Part shown: one piece after another, positions 1 through 11,270 of the stretch
How positions within the stretch are numbered: position 1 is the first letter of the stretch
Layout: every line of letters begins with the position of its first letter
NCBI GenBank assembly: GCA_017499595.2
Contig: CM039003.1
Span: 3,348,001-3,412,000 of the forward strand
From: Psilocybe cubensis
Lineage: Eukaryota
Direction: 5' to 3'
Length of the DNA stretch: 64,000 bases
Position numbers and translations under genes: made by a program
The notes under the pieces: generated by a model
What the model was told of the DNA's origin: nothing
Databases searched by the model: none
Seen by the model: the letters and a program-made list of their open reading frames with translations, nothing else

Positions 1-562
1 TCAACCTCAGATTCTTTGGAGGAGCTGTCCGTGTCGACCCGAGCTGGTTGTGGTGCTGGCTTTTCCGGAGTATCAGCAATAAATGCTAATGGTATTCCGA
101 CCATTGTAGGTGGTGCTTCGTTGGTATTTTCTAGCATAGTAGCTGAAGAGTTAATAGCTGTAGCCTGTTGTAGAACTACAAAAGCAGTAGGTTTGAGTTA
201 AAAGAACATTTCAGCCGCCGTTCTTTAAATTTCTGTTGAAAAAGGCATATAATTACATTATAAGGTGCATATCATGTGCTAGTGTGACGGTCACTGTTTG
301 TTTCGTGTTTTCCAGGCTGTCATTCTCTTGTTCTCAACCACACACTTTCCAACTAGCATTCTTCGCATTTGTCAATGCTGGCTCAGGAATATTCTAGCCA
401 GGACATACACTGATCAGTGTTGGCAATGCAGGGCATCCACGTTCCTCAAAATGTAGCCATTTGTACCCCTTTTCATCCGCTCGTTTTTTGATTTTGCCTC
501 ATTTTTCTGCCGTGCATGCTTTTTTCCCTCTAATAAGGCCAAGGTATGCAATACGTTTCTAT

Positions 563-2501
563 ATGTCTTCTTACTCGTACCAACCTGGTAGTGCATTTCA
601 TCCAGGTGCACAAGGATCTTCGTCCCATGGCCATGTCACTGGCACACCAGAGCAATCTAATGTGGTGACTCAGCATGGCCATAATGCACCTACCTATCCA
701 GTAGGATTTAACGGTGGGCCTCCGTATACACAGAATGAGCGCAATCATGCACTGGGCGGAGGTATGTTTGAAGTCACATTTCTTATATATCTTGATTTAC
801 TACTTAGATTTAGGTATGCCAACTTCGGATAACTCATTCTATCCAAGTCATTCCCAGCCTCAGATGCCAGCACCCACAACCGCTTCAACACCTGGCTATC
901 AGGCACGATATGGCCATCACCTCGAACCCAATGCGTCATCTTTATCCATGTCATCCGACACCACTTCTCAGAATGAAATCTCAGCCCCCGACACTTCAAC
1001 ACTTCAAACACAGCTGGCCTTTTATAAGCGTCGGATTGAAGAGTATGAAATGGGCGATGAAGAGCGGTCCCGGAAGTCCAAAAAGGCAAAGACAAGGCAA
1101 GTTTGTTGATAACCAAACTTTCTGTTGCGGTCACATTCATCATTATAACTTTTAGGGAAAAGCCCCCCGAGCGATGCTTTCGAAAGGCTGTCAGCCTTTA
1201 TGTGAGCGCACAAGAACTGTATCGAGACTGGAACGATGATTATTTAGAAAGGAATGGTATGGCTTCGGCAAAGTTTAGGGATGTTGACACCAAACGAAAG
1301 TATGTTTCTTTTTTGTTTATATTGTTAATACTTATATTCTCTTTTGAGTCTAGCTTCGATCGTAATGTTTCTAGCTTCAATAAGCTCTTAGAATACATTC
1401 CAAGGCTTCAAATGATGATAGACGGAGATGCCAGCAGCCAAGAGATAAGGGAATATCTACACAAGGTATGTGATTATTTGATGAAATGTGAATGACTAAA
1501 TGTCATTTTTCTACAGATTGATCAGGGTGGAAATGCAGCCCGCTCAGACGATTGCAACCACATTAAGGAATTCTTTAGAGACTTCCTCAATGCCGAGCAC
1601 CGCCCTGAGGTTTTGTTTACAAAAGAACGGACTGGACGTGGTGTGCAGAATGACATAACCGGTAAATATCTTTGTCCGATTCATTACAACTGGGATGACC
1701 CCAGGTAAGTTGCTTATTTTTTTCTTGTACTCTATCTAAGATTATCGATTAGTGTTTGCACACGTATCCGTGCGGGTAATATTATGGATCCGAAATTCCC
1801 GATTTTTGTCAATTATTATCTTTGGTTTTTGTATCCTGATGGATATGAGCTGCCGCCTAATGGTAGAGTTGAGCATTTGTTTTTACGAAGTCTGATCTTG
1901 GTCAAGGTATGTAATCTACTTTTGTTTCTTTCTAATTCTTATATTAGTCCGTCTAGGTATGGTGCTATATTTTTACCTCACCAGGATCAGCCGAAGCCAT
2001 TATCAAAAATCCTAATGGCGGACCTCCTATTCGAAATCGAGCCTACGCTCCATCAACCAAATCGACTAAAACAAATGTTGCCCGCTTGATAGGAATGACC
2101 AGTGTTACAGCCCATAGCATTGCCTATACTGTTATCATGGTATGTTTACTTCTTTTGTCTTTCGCATTCACAGCATCTTAAATTTCAATATAGACAGGCT
2201 TCAACCTTACAGATGCTTTGTTTTGGACCTCGAAATACAATAACTTCAACTTCCATGCACTCTATGATTTCATCGTGGACTATTTCCGGGAATCAACACC
2301 AGAATCCGAGGATCTTCTGCGATGGTGGAATAGGTACAAGGTTCTATGATAATTTTCTATTTTAGCTTAATATATTCTATTAGCATGGTTTTTCCCAATG
2401 GTGTCGGCGCTGCTATTGACAGAACGGAAGCATCTACAAATGCTTCTTATTCACTTCTAGAAGCTTCTCGTGCTACCGCTTCAACTACTTTCTCAACTTA
2501 A
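563..2501 (+). CDS. Multi-exon hypothetical protein resembling the Agaricomycete DUF6698-type family
   Basis: Chain of ORF fragments joined by short GT..AG introns (e.g. 762-813). Spliced motifs include ARSDD, LCPIHYNWDDP, FLYP, LVKVWCYIFTSPGSA, IAY, LYDFIVDYF and DLLRWWN..VFP. Stop TAA at 2499-2501. Internal exon boundaries are approximate. Confidence 0.65.
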
Positions 2502-2629
2502 TTCTTCTTATCTTGTAATCGACCAGTAGTTGCTCGCTCGAAATGTCATTTTTTTAATCTGGTCATCTGATTTTTCAATCACGTGCTATCTGTCAACCAA
2601 CCAGTAAAACGCCAGATAACGGGCATCAG

Positions 2630-2874
2630 TTATGGTAAGCTAGCTGAAGGTATAATGTAAATCTAGTGGTATATGTTATATATTCTAAGATATGGATACT
2701 ATAATGAGGTATAACTATATTTCTTCCTGTAGCATCATGTCAGAATTATATCAACATTATACCACAAGATACCATATACCATCAAATTATCATTTTTCGC
2801 AGTTCAGTTTAAGGCATGGTATAATATTATACCACCCCGAGACCACATATACCACATTACCCCTACTTACAGTG
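2630..2874. mobile_element. Probable right terminus of a CMC/CACTA-like DNA transposon; the other end lies outside the window
   Basis: Dense GGTATA/TATACC(AC) repeats in both orientations end abruptly at ...CCCCTACTTACAGTG (2874). The reverse complement begins CACTG, matching the CMC terminal pattern. No partner terminal inverted repeat (TIR) is visible. Confidence 0.45.
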
Positions 2875-4649
2875 CTTATATTGATCATATCATACTTTCC
2901 CCGAATTCCTGATGGCATATATTAAGCGATTGTGTGCTAACCATAACAGCTAAATTTCCATCCCACATTCTGCTTGATAATGAACTCGACCACCAGACAA
3001 TTGACACTTCTGTTGATCTCGATGACTACTGTAGTTTTCTGGATGCAGGCGAGGGTGGGACACGGTTTAGTTGCCTAATATGTGCCTTCATTCAGGTGTA
3101 CTTAGATTGAACAAGTACAATTTAATTTGAGAACACCTCTTGGTAGAAACTTGGAAACTCTTCAAGATTTGTATGAAGTGCCTGTATCCTCTGATCCCAT
3201 TACAACTATTCCCTGTTCACTGGTAGCATTTGTCCCTAGAGATTCCAGTGGCAAAGTGATGACGCCTGTCATTGGCATTGCTTCCTTCTTGATCTCGTCA
3301 CGACGGTTGAGAGTGGCTAACAGGGCACTGACGTACACTATGCCCCAGTGGTAACAGTTAGAAAATGGACAAGACTCTGAAAAAAATGACAGATATACCG
3401 TTTTCAAGCCAGTTAGGTACGGAAAGATATGCTGGTGATTTTGGAAGTGCTACTGCCTGTCGCGGTGCACTTCAGCCACGCAGATTCCGGACCGAGGAGG
3501 GATATATACCACGCGCTTACCACTATTAGTAAAACAAGGGCTACAAGACTGGTTAGAAGCCCAGTGGTCACAGTATACACCATTAATGTCTTGATCATTG
3601 AGGATGTTCTGTTAAAAGGTCAAGGACGGTTGTTGGTCAGCATTCTGAGGTACGTACCGTCTCACAGTTGCCCGAGATCGTCTTTTCCATAACAGCACGC
3701 ATAAAATGCAGGCTATGGTGGTGTCTGTGGCAAAAACACATGTGACGGTGGCGTATACAGGCGCCTGGGGTTGGTCTCATTAAGGGTAATTTAGGGAGAA
3801 CCTAAAATTGAATGGTGGAACATACACGAGTGGTGAATTCAAAGCTGCCAAAATCGCTGACGCTAAGAGTAAATTTATGAAAATATATAATGGTAAGATG
3901 TTGCACTGTATACGGTTCAAGAAAGAATCGCACAGTTTTACGGTGAAGTCTAGAGATACATTCTGCGATTAGAAAAAGAAATGTATATTGGAATGATGAA
4001 GTACGCACAGACAGCGCTTGCCAGTGTTCCGGCACTGGTTATCACCTTAGAGAGAGGCGTATGATGCATATTAATATCCGCGGTAATAATTGGGTCATTA
4101 GTAAGTAGGGATTGAAGATGCTTACTGCGATACCAGTTAGAATGGCATTATTGTTGCTTACTACATGTATAATATTAAATATTAAAAGATTAGGAACAAG
4201 ATAAATAGACCTACGTCTCCAAATTCTCAAGCAATAGAATCTACAATAGCCAAAATATGTGTTAATGTCAAGACTGTGACTATTTTAAATATATTACCCT
4301 CTAACGATGGCGTTGCTGACAGTCTGTAAGAAGTAACTATACATCAATATTTCATGGCGGTAGCATACATTAATGAGGTATAGGTTGTGACTCACTATCA
4401 GGTACAATGCGCACTGGAGCAGGCGGAGTTAGTGCAGTTCAAACTGATCAGGCGTCTTATACAACTGACCACAAGCGTCCTGGAATTGCGTTGGTTATAA
4501 ACTAGTACGAAAGACATGGATGTTGAGCTCGTGCTCTTACCACGGTAGTCCATTGGCTTCAAGGCTCAAAGGATCTGAACTTGACTTGTCCAACACTTCT
4601 GCAAACCCCACTCCTCCCGTAATGGCATGAAGAGTGGATACAGCCCTGT

Positions 4650-4843
4650 TGTAAAGCTTTGCTTTACGATATATCTCAGTCTCACACGTAGTAAACCAGA
4701 ACCAATCAGTATTGGTAGTTTACGTCGTATCAAACAAAGATCTAACCAGCCTATCTACATTGTCGGCGCAATGATCCCCTGCACCGGTGCCCTTGTCAAA
4801 CATCACCACACAATGAGATAGGGGTTGTTTCCCGCCCGTTACA
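4650..4843 (-). repeat. 3' LTR of Gypsy #1
   Basis: Direct repeat of 14165-14358 with one mismatch seen (4660 T vs 14175 C). Confidence 0.97.
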
Positions 4844-4884
4844 CACCCCCCCTTCAGATCGCGTACCGGGATCTAACCAGTACC

Positions 4885-7011
4885 CTACTCCTCGGCTGAC
4901 ATGTTCGCGTCGGTAGTTTTGTCATCGACCTCGTCGTCCCCCGATCCATAGTCAAGCATTTCATGTTTCTGGTCCTGTAGATTGAGCCCTTGAGTCATTT
5001 CAGCGAGAGCCGCATTAGCGGCGTCAGCAGCCTGTAATCCTTGCGCCCCCTGCGCTTTTGCATGCAATATAGGGTTTGCGTGTTGCGCGTTAGACGCCGT
5101 CAATGAACGGTATGCTTCGACTATGGCCTGCGGGCGTTCTTTGAGGTATAGTGCGGTTGGTTCCATTCCGGCTTGCAACCAAGCAGTGTGTCTGAGGCTG
5201 ATGATGGGCGGTTTCATCGCTGCCTCACATTCCATGATGAGTTTCACACGTATGCGGTCGTCCTCGGATGGGTATCTCCATCCCGACCATTCAGGTATTC
5301 CTTTCGGCTCACCAAATTCCATTATTCTGCGCAATTGCTCGGTGTCGGCCTCTGCCCACAGGTCGTCATCCATCGCCGTTGCGTGGTACTTCTGGTTCAT
5401 GTATTGGTAACCAAAGTTGTACGCATGATCGACCCATTCGGGTGGTATGCCGTTTTCTAGGAGCACATTGATTACATCGTCTACCGTGAGATTACGCGCA
5501 GAGTGCTCATCCGCGCTGGACCGTATGACCTTAAACGGTGGGCCTCGCTGCACCTTGAATGTCGCGTTCGGGTTCTCTTGATTGTAACGCGCTATGGCCT
5601 CGCGGTAGCGATTGCTATGCGCCACCAGGATGACATACTGCCTCGTGAACGCGCTATGAGCACCACGGTCCACGGGGCGTATAATCCTCAGCAATCCTCC
5701 TCCAAACACGGATCGACGGTCAAGGCGCAGAAACCGATCCATTATAATTCCAACAAGCATATTGATACTACCCGGTCTTGCGTAGTACAGGATGTATTTC
5801 GCAAATCCCTCGATTTCCAGCAATCGCTCAGGCGGTGGTATTTTCACCGTCTCGTTCCTTACGTCCTCCACCAGGCCGTGCATCTTCTTTGCTTCGATTG
5901 GCATTGGTGCGTGTGTCCAGTGTTTATCAGTGAGGTCCGGGACATACGCCGTGCGCTTGTATGTTAGGGCGTGCGACATTGCCCGGTCTCGATTGCTGGG
6001 TGTCACCGCTAAGGCAATATTCCTGAACTCCTCCAGTAGGTCATGGGCCTCAATTCGAATCCACGACGCATACCCTCGCGCATTGCCTGTATTTTGAGTG
6101 ATGTCCACAAGGTGTTCGACTTCCAGTGGGTTTCTTGGAAATCCCCGAGGCACAAGATTGTAGAGCGTATGCTGTGGGCTTGGGCGGAAACTAGTAGCGT
6201 TGGTATGCTCCCAGCTTTCAGCGTTTACGGCGGTCGAGCGTACGTACACCGTGTTGGTTTGTATCGAGACATATGCGTTCACGTTTGTCATCCCATACAT
6301 GTAATTGTTTTGTTGGGGCGTATGATGTGGACTTACCACTACGCCGAATAGGTCAGGAATCCGTCCCACTACTTCCATGTTTGCCCGTGCTCCCGAGCGT
6401 GCCAGCTTCTCTCTGTTGGCCACCCTCGTCTTTATCTCCAAAGGCGACCTCCAACGGCCCCGACGGTGGTCATACTCATCGTCCGAGTGGTCGTCCTCCT
6501 TCGCGTTCTTGTGCCCGCCATCTGTATTATTGCCTGATGCGTCGGGTGGTGTCGGGTCAACCACAATCCTTGGGCCAGGCAATAACTTGTGGGGCGTGCG
6601 TATCCCCGCAACCATTCGTTCCTTAGCTGGTTGTTCCTTTCCGGTCATCTCCACGTCCTTGTTGGCCCAGCGAGAGGCGTTCAGATCACGTCCTGTGTTT
6701 CCTGCGGTGTTGACGCGCTTTTTGTTCTGGATTGTACCCTCGTCCTCGCTGTCCTCAAGCGCACGCTTGTTCGATGATATTTCCTTCTCAATGACTGAGT
6801 TGCTGGCTCGGATACGGTCAACTTTGGCTTGGAGTTTGTTTACATGTGCAAGTACTTCCTTGATCAGGGGCAGGTCGCCCGCTTTTATCCTCGCCACTAC
6901 ACGGTCGACGTCAATTCCGATGCGCACCAGCTGCCGTTTCAGTTCCACTGGTATGTCTACAAGGTCTGCGGTAGCTCCTTCGCGGTGGTGGTGGTCGTCG
7001 TGTGTTGACAT
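4885..7011 (-). CDS. 708-aa additional ORF of unknown function inside Gypsy #1, between pol and the 3' LTR
   Basis: Uninterrupted ATG-started ORF, sense to pol, ending ~30 nt before the PPT. Helical N-terminus with basic clusters (KR..KKR). No obvious signal peptide or transmembrane segment. Confidence 0.85.
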   Translation of the reverse strand: MSTHDDHHHREGATADLVDIPVELKRQLVRIGIDVDRVVARIKAGDLPLIKEVLAHVNKLQAKVDRIRASNSVIEKEISSNKRALEDSEDEGTIQNKKRVNTAGNTGRDLNASRWANKDVEMTGKEQPAKERMVAGIRTPHKLLPGPRIVVDPTPPDASGNNTDGGHKNAKEDDHSDDEYDHRRGRWRSPLEIKTRVANREKLARSGARANMEVVGRIPDLFGVVVSPHHTPQQNNYMYGMTNVNAYVSIQTNTVYVRSTAVNAESWEHTNATSFRPSPQHTLYNLVPRGFPRNPLEVEHLVDITQNTGNARGYASWIRIEAHDLLEEFRNIALAVTPSNRDRAMSHALTYKRTAYVPDLTDKHWTHAPMPIEAKKMHGLVEDVRNETVKIPPPERLLEIEGFAKYILYYARPGSINMLVGIIMDRFLRLDRRSVFGGGLLRIIRPVDRGAHSAFTRQYVILVAHSNRYREAIARYNQENPNATFKVQRGPPFKVIRSSADEHSARNLTVDDVINVLLENGIPPEWVDHAYNFGYQYMNQKYHATAMDDDLWAEADTEQLRRIMEFGEPKGIPEWSGWRYPSEDDRIRVKLIMECEAAMKPPIISLRHTAWLQAGMEPTALYLKERPQAIVEAYRSLTASNAQHANPILHAKAQGAQGLQAADAANAALAEMTQGLNLQDQKHEMLDYGSGDDEVDDKTTDANMSAEE

Positions 7012-7273
7012 TGTATTAAGTTGATTATCCTAGTATAGATTATCGTTGTTGTGTATAGTATTGGGGTAGTGATCAACTGCTAGGGTGTGCGTCCAAAAAT
7101 TTCCTCAGTGAGTTGTATCTCCGCCGGTGACTTCCGCATTAGGTCATCCATGTTCGTGATTTCCCAACTAGGTAATACCGTCAATATTGCTCATTTCGCT
7201 TAACGTTGCTATTGCATGGTTGATTGCTGTATTAGTCCTTTAGCCTCCTCCCCCTTGGAAGGCCAAGCATGCA

Positions 7274-10200
7274 TCAAGGCCTTTTAGGTAATTGCGACGG
7301 CCGCCGTACGCCCTTGAGCGCCAGGTATCTATCCAGGGCAGCGAGGTCTTTACAATGAGCCAGGGGCTCCCATGTCGTATCCCCAAGACTCCACCGAACT
7401 TCCAATTCCACATTCTTCGGGTCGGTCCATCGATGGCCCACGATTTTGTCAACAAACCACTCCTGCTTGTCGCCCGCACCAAAATCGTATGGTTCAGGGT
7501 GTGCCCTATTTGGGAATAGCGCATCACTCGACGCAAAGTAGGGTCGTAGTAGCGACACGTGGAATGTGGGGTGGATTCGTCGCTTCACTAACGCGGCAGG
7601 CAACTCGAGCGTGTAGGTGGACCGTTCCGGGCACGCTTTTAGTATACGGTATGGGCCCACAAATCTAGGACACAATTTCTGTGCACGATTCTTTGGTAAG
7701 TTCAAGTTCTTCATGGACAGGTATACCAGTGACCCTTCAGCAATGACGGGGTCCTCACTGCGCTTTGTATTGGCCCGTTTAGCCTGCAAGACTCTAGCTT
7801 CTATAATCGCATCGTGGGCTTCGGCAAGGTTCTGCAATGCTATACTCGCGAAGTCTGTAATGCCACGCGATACAGCATTATCGGCACGGATTTCCCTGAT
7901 CATTGAAGGCATGTATCCGCCGTTCAGTTCAAAAGGTGCGTATCTTGTTGTTTCCGACACGCTCGCGTTGATTGCAAACTTGGTCATGTCCACCTTAGAG
8001 ACCCAATCCTTCTGATCATGACGGATAACCGTCCTGAATATCTGTCCAATGCTCCGATTGGCACGTTCCGTTTGGCCGTCAGTTTGCGGATGGAACGACG
8101 TCGACATAAGCAGCTTTGCACCCAGTATTTTATGCAATTCTTGCCACCACTTAGCAGTAAACTTCGAGTCTCTGTCACTGACAATTGAACTAGGCAGACC
8201 GTGCAACCTCACAATCTCCCGCATGTATATCCATGACAGTTGGCTTGCTGTAGTACTGGTGTGTACCGGAATCAAATGCACCATACTAGTCATCCGACAT
8301 ATTATCACCCATAGGTAATTGTAGCCATTAGACTCGGGGAAAGGCCCCACAAAGTCCATCCCAATCGAGTCCCAAGGCTTGGTTGGCACTGGTAGGCTGT
8401 GGATCTTGCCAGCTGGTTTTTTGTTCGACCCTTTTGCAGTTTGACACGATTCGCACATCTTACAGAACTCGCGTACATCTTTTGCCATCTGTGGCCACCA
8501 ATACCATCTCCGGATGTATTCAGTCGTCCGTTGGTCGCTAAAGTGGCCGAGGGTTACGTGTGCGTCTGTTATGAGGTCCGTAATCAATGTCCTATCGCGA
8601 GGGATGCAGGTTACCTCATCCCCACAAAAATTCTTATGGGTAATCACCCCTCCATCCGTCACTGTAAACGCTCGGTATTGCGACGGGTTGGCCACAATTT
8701 CTGCAAACAGTGAGTCCTCCCTGTATCCCTGCACGATCCAATCAATCATAGTGTCCATCCACGAGGGCGGTGGGTATGCGTCCGCCGTTGACAACAACGC
8801 ATCCGCTAGTCGTATTTCTTCCAGCTCTGCATGCCCGCCATCATCGTTGCCCACAATATCTTTAGCGCGTATCGGGTCGGGTATGGCCAATATCTCAGCC
8901 TCCAAAGCTCGATCCTCAGCACGTTCCCGCAAACGCTGACTGCGTCGTAGCTCTACTGCACGCAACGCTCTCAACTCCACAACGTGGTCTGTCATCTCCC
9001 TAAATCTCTCCTTTGACAAATCTTCCCCTTTGGGGTCAATACGCGCATCGGCGGATACATAATCATGAGCCGCATGAACGTCCGCACTGGTATCGCTTTC
9101 AAAGTACCGGGACAGACAATCCGCCACCTTGTTGAATTCACCCTTGATATACGTAATGTCAAAATCAAACCGAGACATATACTCGGTCCACCGCCGCTGT
9201 CGGTGGGACAAGTTCACCTGTGTTTTGAAGAACTCCAATGCCTTGTGGTCGGTTATTATATGGATTCTGTGTCCGACTAGTTTGTCTTCCCACTTAATCA
9301 ATGCCTCGAGGATAGCAATAGTCTCAAGTTCATGGACCGCATAATGCTGCTGAGCGCTCGTGAACTTCTTGGACATAAATCCAGCCGGGCGGCAATTCAT
9401 CCAATCTTCGCCTTGTCCATACATCGCTCCCACACCAGTCTTAGATGCATCACATATAAGCCATATGGGTTCGTCACGTCGTGGGTCAATAGGCCGTATG
9501 ATAGGTGTCTTGCAGCATATCCGTTTTATCATATCGAAGCATCGTTGATGCAAGGGTCGCCAGAAGAATGGGGCCCCGTTCTGTGTCATAGCCAGTAACG
9601 GTCCTGTGTATGCTGTTATATTGGGTAAGAAGTTTGCCACGTAATTGATTAACCCCACAAATCTCTGAATATCATTGTAATTTCTAGGCGTACGCCATTC
9701 GCGTATGCGTGCCAGCTTGTCTGCATCAGGGTGGATGCCCTTTCCATCGATAATGTGTCCCAAACAATCCACGCGTTCCGCATACAATTCGCACTTCGAC
9801 CACTTCAGGTATAGTTTATTTTCTCGTAGCTTGTCAAAAATAAATTTGAGCGCTCGTTCATGTTCCTCAATCGAATCCGTAAATATGAATATGTCATCTA
9901 AATATACGTGCATGAACCGTCCAATTGCGTCTCGGAATATGCTCGTCATCAGTCTCTGAAACGTAGCGGGCGCGTTGCAGTCACCCTGTTGGACCACATT
10001 GCTAACATACGTCCCCGCAATGGTGGCAAATGCTGTTTTTGGTACGTCTTGCAGTCGAATCCGCACCTGCTCGTAAGCGTCTGCTAAGTCAATTTTTGAC
10101 CTGTATCTCGCCCTCGCAACGTCTTCGCGTATGACATCCTGATCGGGGAGCGGTGTCACATCCTTCACGGTATTGTCGTTGCGCTGTCGAGCGTCCACCA

Positions 10201-10978
10201 CCGTTCGCAATTTCCCATCTTTCTTCGGAATGCACATCAGTGGTGCTGCTTGTGATACTGCACGGGCCTCCCACCAGCCAGCGTCAAGATATCTGTTGAG
10301 TTTGTCATAGAATTGCCCTCTCAGCGCAAGTGGACATCTAGGTAAATGATACATATATCTCTTGTTCTCATCGATGAGGTGTATCTCATGATTCACCTCC
10401 CGGAATGGTGGTAACTCATTCCTGGTTCCTTGTACAATATCCTGATAGGCATTGTGCCACTGTTGTCGTAGGCGTGGGATGTCATCATTGTGAAAGTTAT
10501 TGGCTTTAGCCTTCCCTTTCACACCTTTGCGTGTCTCCATCCGACATAGCCTGGCCGCTGCATCACTCTCAGTTGCTATCTTTTGCAGTCGTGATGCCGA
10601 GTCGTCGATGTAACGAAGCCTCAACATTGCCTTCGATTGGGGAAGTCTCAGGCGATTATTAAATTCAGAAGGTGCTGATATTTCATCCGCACTGGGCAAT
10701 CGGTAAGTCTCATTAAATTTCTCTACTGCCCCCCACTGGTGGTTTCTCAGTGAGCACACCATTTCATTCCACTCGCGGGGCATCCTTGGGTCAAAGGTCC
10801 ATCCCAAATCCGGTGGTGGGACTGGCGTGTCCCAAAAACGCCAAACTGTCTTTGTTGGCTGCTCATCAGTCTGAGCCTCATCATTCATAATATCCTCCTC
10901 CATCTGGTCTGTCACTAGGTCTTCCAGTTTGACAGCTGATGACGTGGGCTCGCATAGTAAACTGTTATCGACGCCCAT
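7274..10978 (-). CDS. pol: Gypsy #1 pol: RT, RNase H, integrase, chromodomain
   Basis: Motifs QQGDCNAPATFQ and YLDD (RT), CDASKTGVG and TDH (RNase H), H..H..CESC, MDFVG, SDRD and QTDGQTE (integrase), GPY, and a C-terminal chromodomain (WFVDKIVGHR..VRW..TWEP). Confidence 0.95.
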   Translation of the reverse strand: MGVDNSLLCEPTSSAVKLEDLVTDQMEEDIMNDEAQTDEQPTKTVWRFWDTPVPPPDLGWTFDPRMPREWNEMVCSLRNHQWGAVEKFNETYRLPSADEISAPSEFNNRLRLPQSKAMLRLRYIDDSASRLQKIATESDAAARLCRMETRKGVKGKAKANNFHNDDIPRLRQQWHNAYQDIVQGTRNELPPFREVNHEIHLIDENKRYMYHLPRCPLALRGQFYDKLNRYLDAGWWEARAVSQAAPLMCIPKKDGKLRTVVDARQRNDNTVKDVTPLPDQDVIREDVARARYRSKIDLADAYEQVRIRLQDVPKTAFATIAGTYVSNVVQQGDCNAPATFQRLMTSIFRDAIGRFMHVYLDDIFIFTDSIEEHERALKFIFDKLRENKLYLKWSKCELYAERVDCLGHIIDGKGIHPDADKLARIREWRTPRNYNDIQRFVGLINYVANFLPNITAYTGPLLAMTQNGAPFFWRPLHQRCFDMIKRICCKTPIIRPIDPRRDEPIWLICDASKTGVGAMYGQGEDWMNCRPAGFMSKKFTSAQQHYAVHELETIAILEALIKWEDKLVGHRIHIITDHKALEFFKTQVNLSHRQRRWTEYMSRFDFDITYIKGEFNKVADCLSRYFESDTSADVHAAHDYVSADARIDPKGEDLSKERFREMTDHVVELRALRAVELRRSQRLRERAEDRALEAEILAIPDPIRAKDIVGNDDGGHAELEEIRLADALLSTADAYPPPSWMDTMIDWIVQGYREDSLFAEIVANPSQYRAFTVTDGGVITHKNFCGDEVTCIPRDRTLITDLITDAHVTLGHFSDQRTTEYIRRWYWWPQMAKDVREFCKMCESCQTAKGSNKKPAGKIHSLPVPTKPWDSIGMDFVGPFPESNGYNYLWVIICRMTSMVHLIPVHTSTTASQLSWIYMREIVRLHGLPSSIVSDRDSKFTAKWWQELHKILGAKLLMSTSFHPQTDGQTERANRSIGQIFRTVIRHDQKDWVSKVDMTKFAINASVSETTRYAPFELNGGYMPSMIREIRADNAVSRGITDFASIALQNLAEAHDAIIEARVLQAKRANTKRSEDPVIAEGSLVYLSMKNLNLPKNRAQKLCPRFVGPYRILKACPERSTYTLELPAALVKRRIHPTFHVSLLRPYFASSDALFPNRAHPEPYDFGAGDKQEWFVDKIVGHRWTDPKNVELEVRWSLGDTTWEPLAHCKDLAALDRYLALKGVRRPSQLPKRP

Positions 10979-11270
10979 ATTTTTCTTAACATGCCTGTGT
11001 TTTGCTGTTATCGCAGTATCCCCTGCAGGTGTCTTGCCGGGTGGTATTTTTTACCCAGGTGAGTCGCTACTGCCATCTCTACCCTTTGTCTCGGACTTAT
11101 ATGCCACCTCGTTGATCATTACTTCGCACTCGTTCGTGTCCCGCTTATCCTCCACTTCACAGAGCAATCTGGGGTCTTCTGCGCTCAAGCTCTTCCCCAG
11201 TCTGTGGCTCTTCATCTGCCACCTCCTCCATGGACACCTGCTTCCCAACCCCAGGTTGCTCTGGTATCCG

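Noticed and set aside
1-249. Possible minus-strand gene fragment running off the window start
   Set aside because: Too short and no recognisable motif; start and splice sites cannot be fixed.
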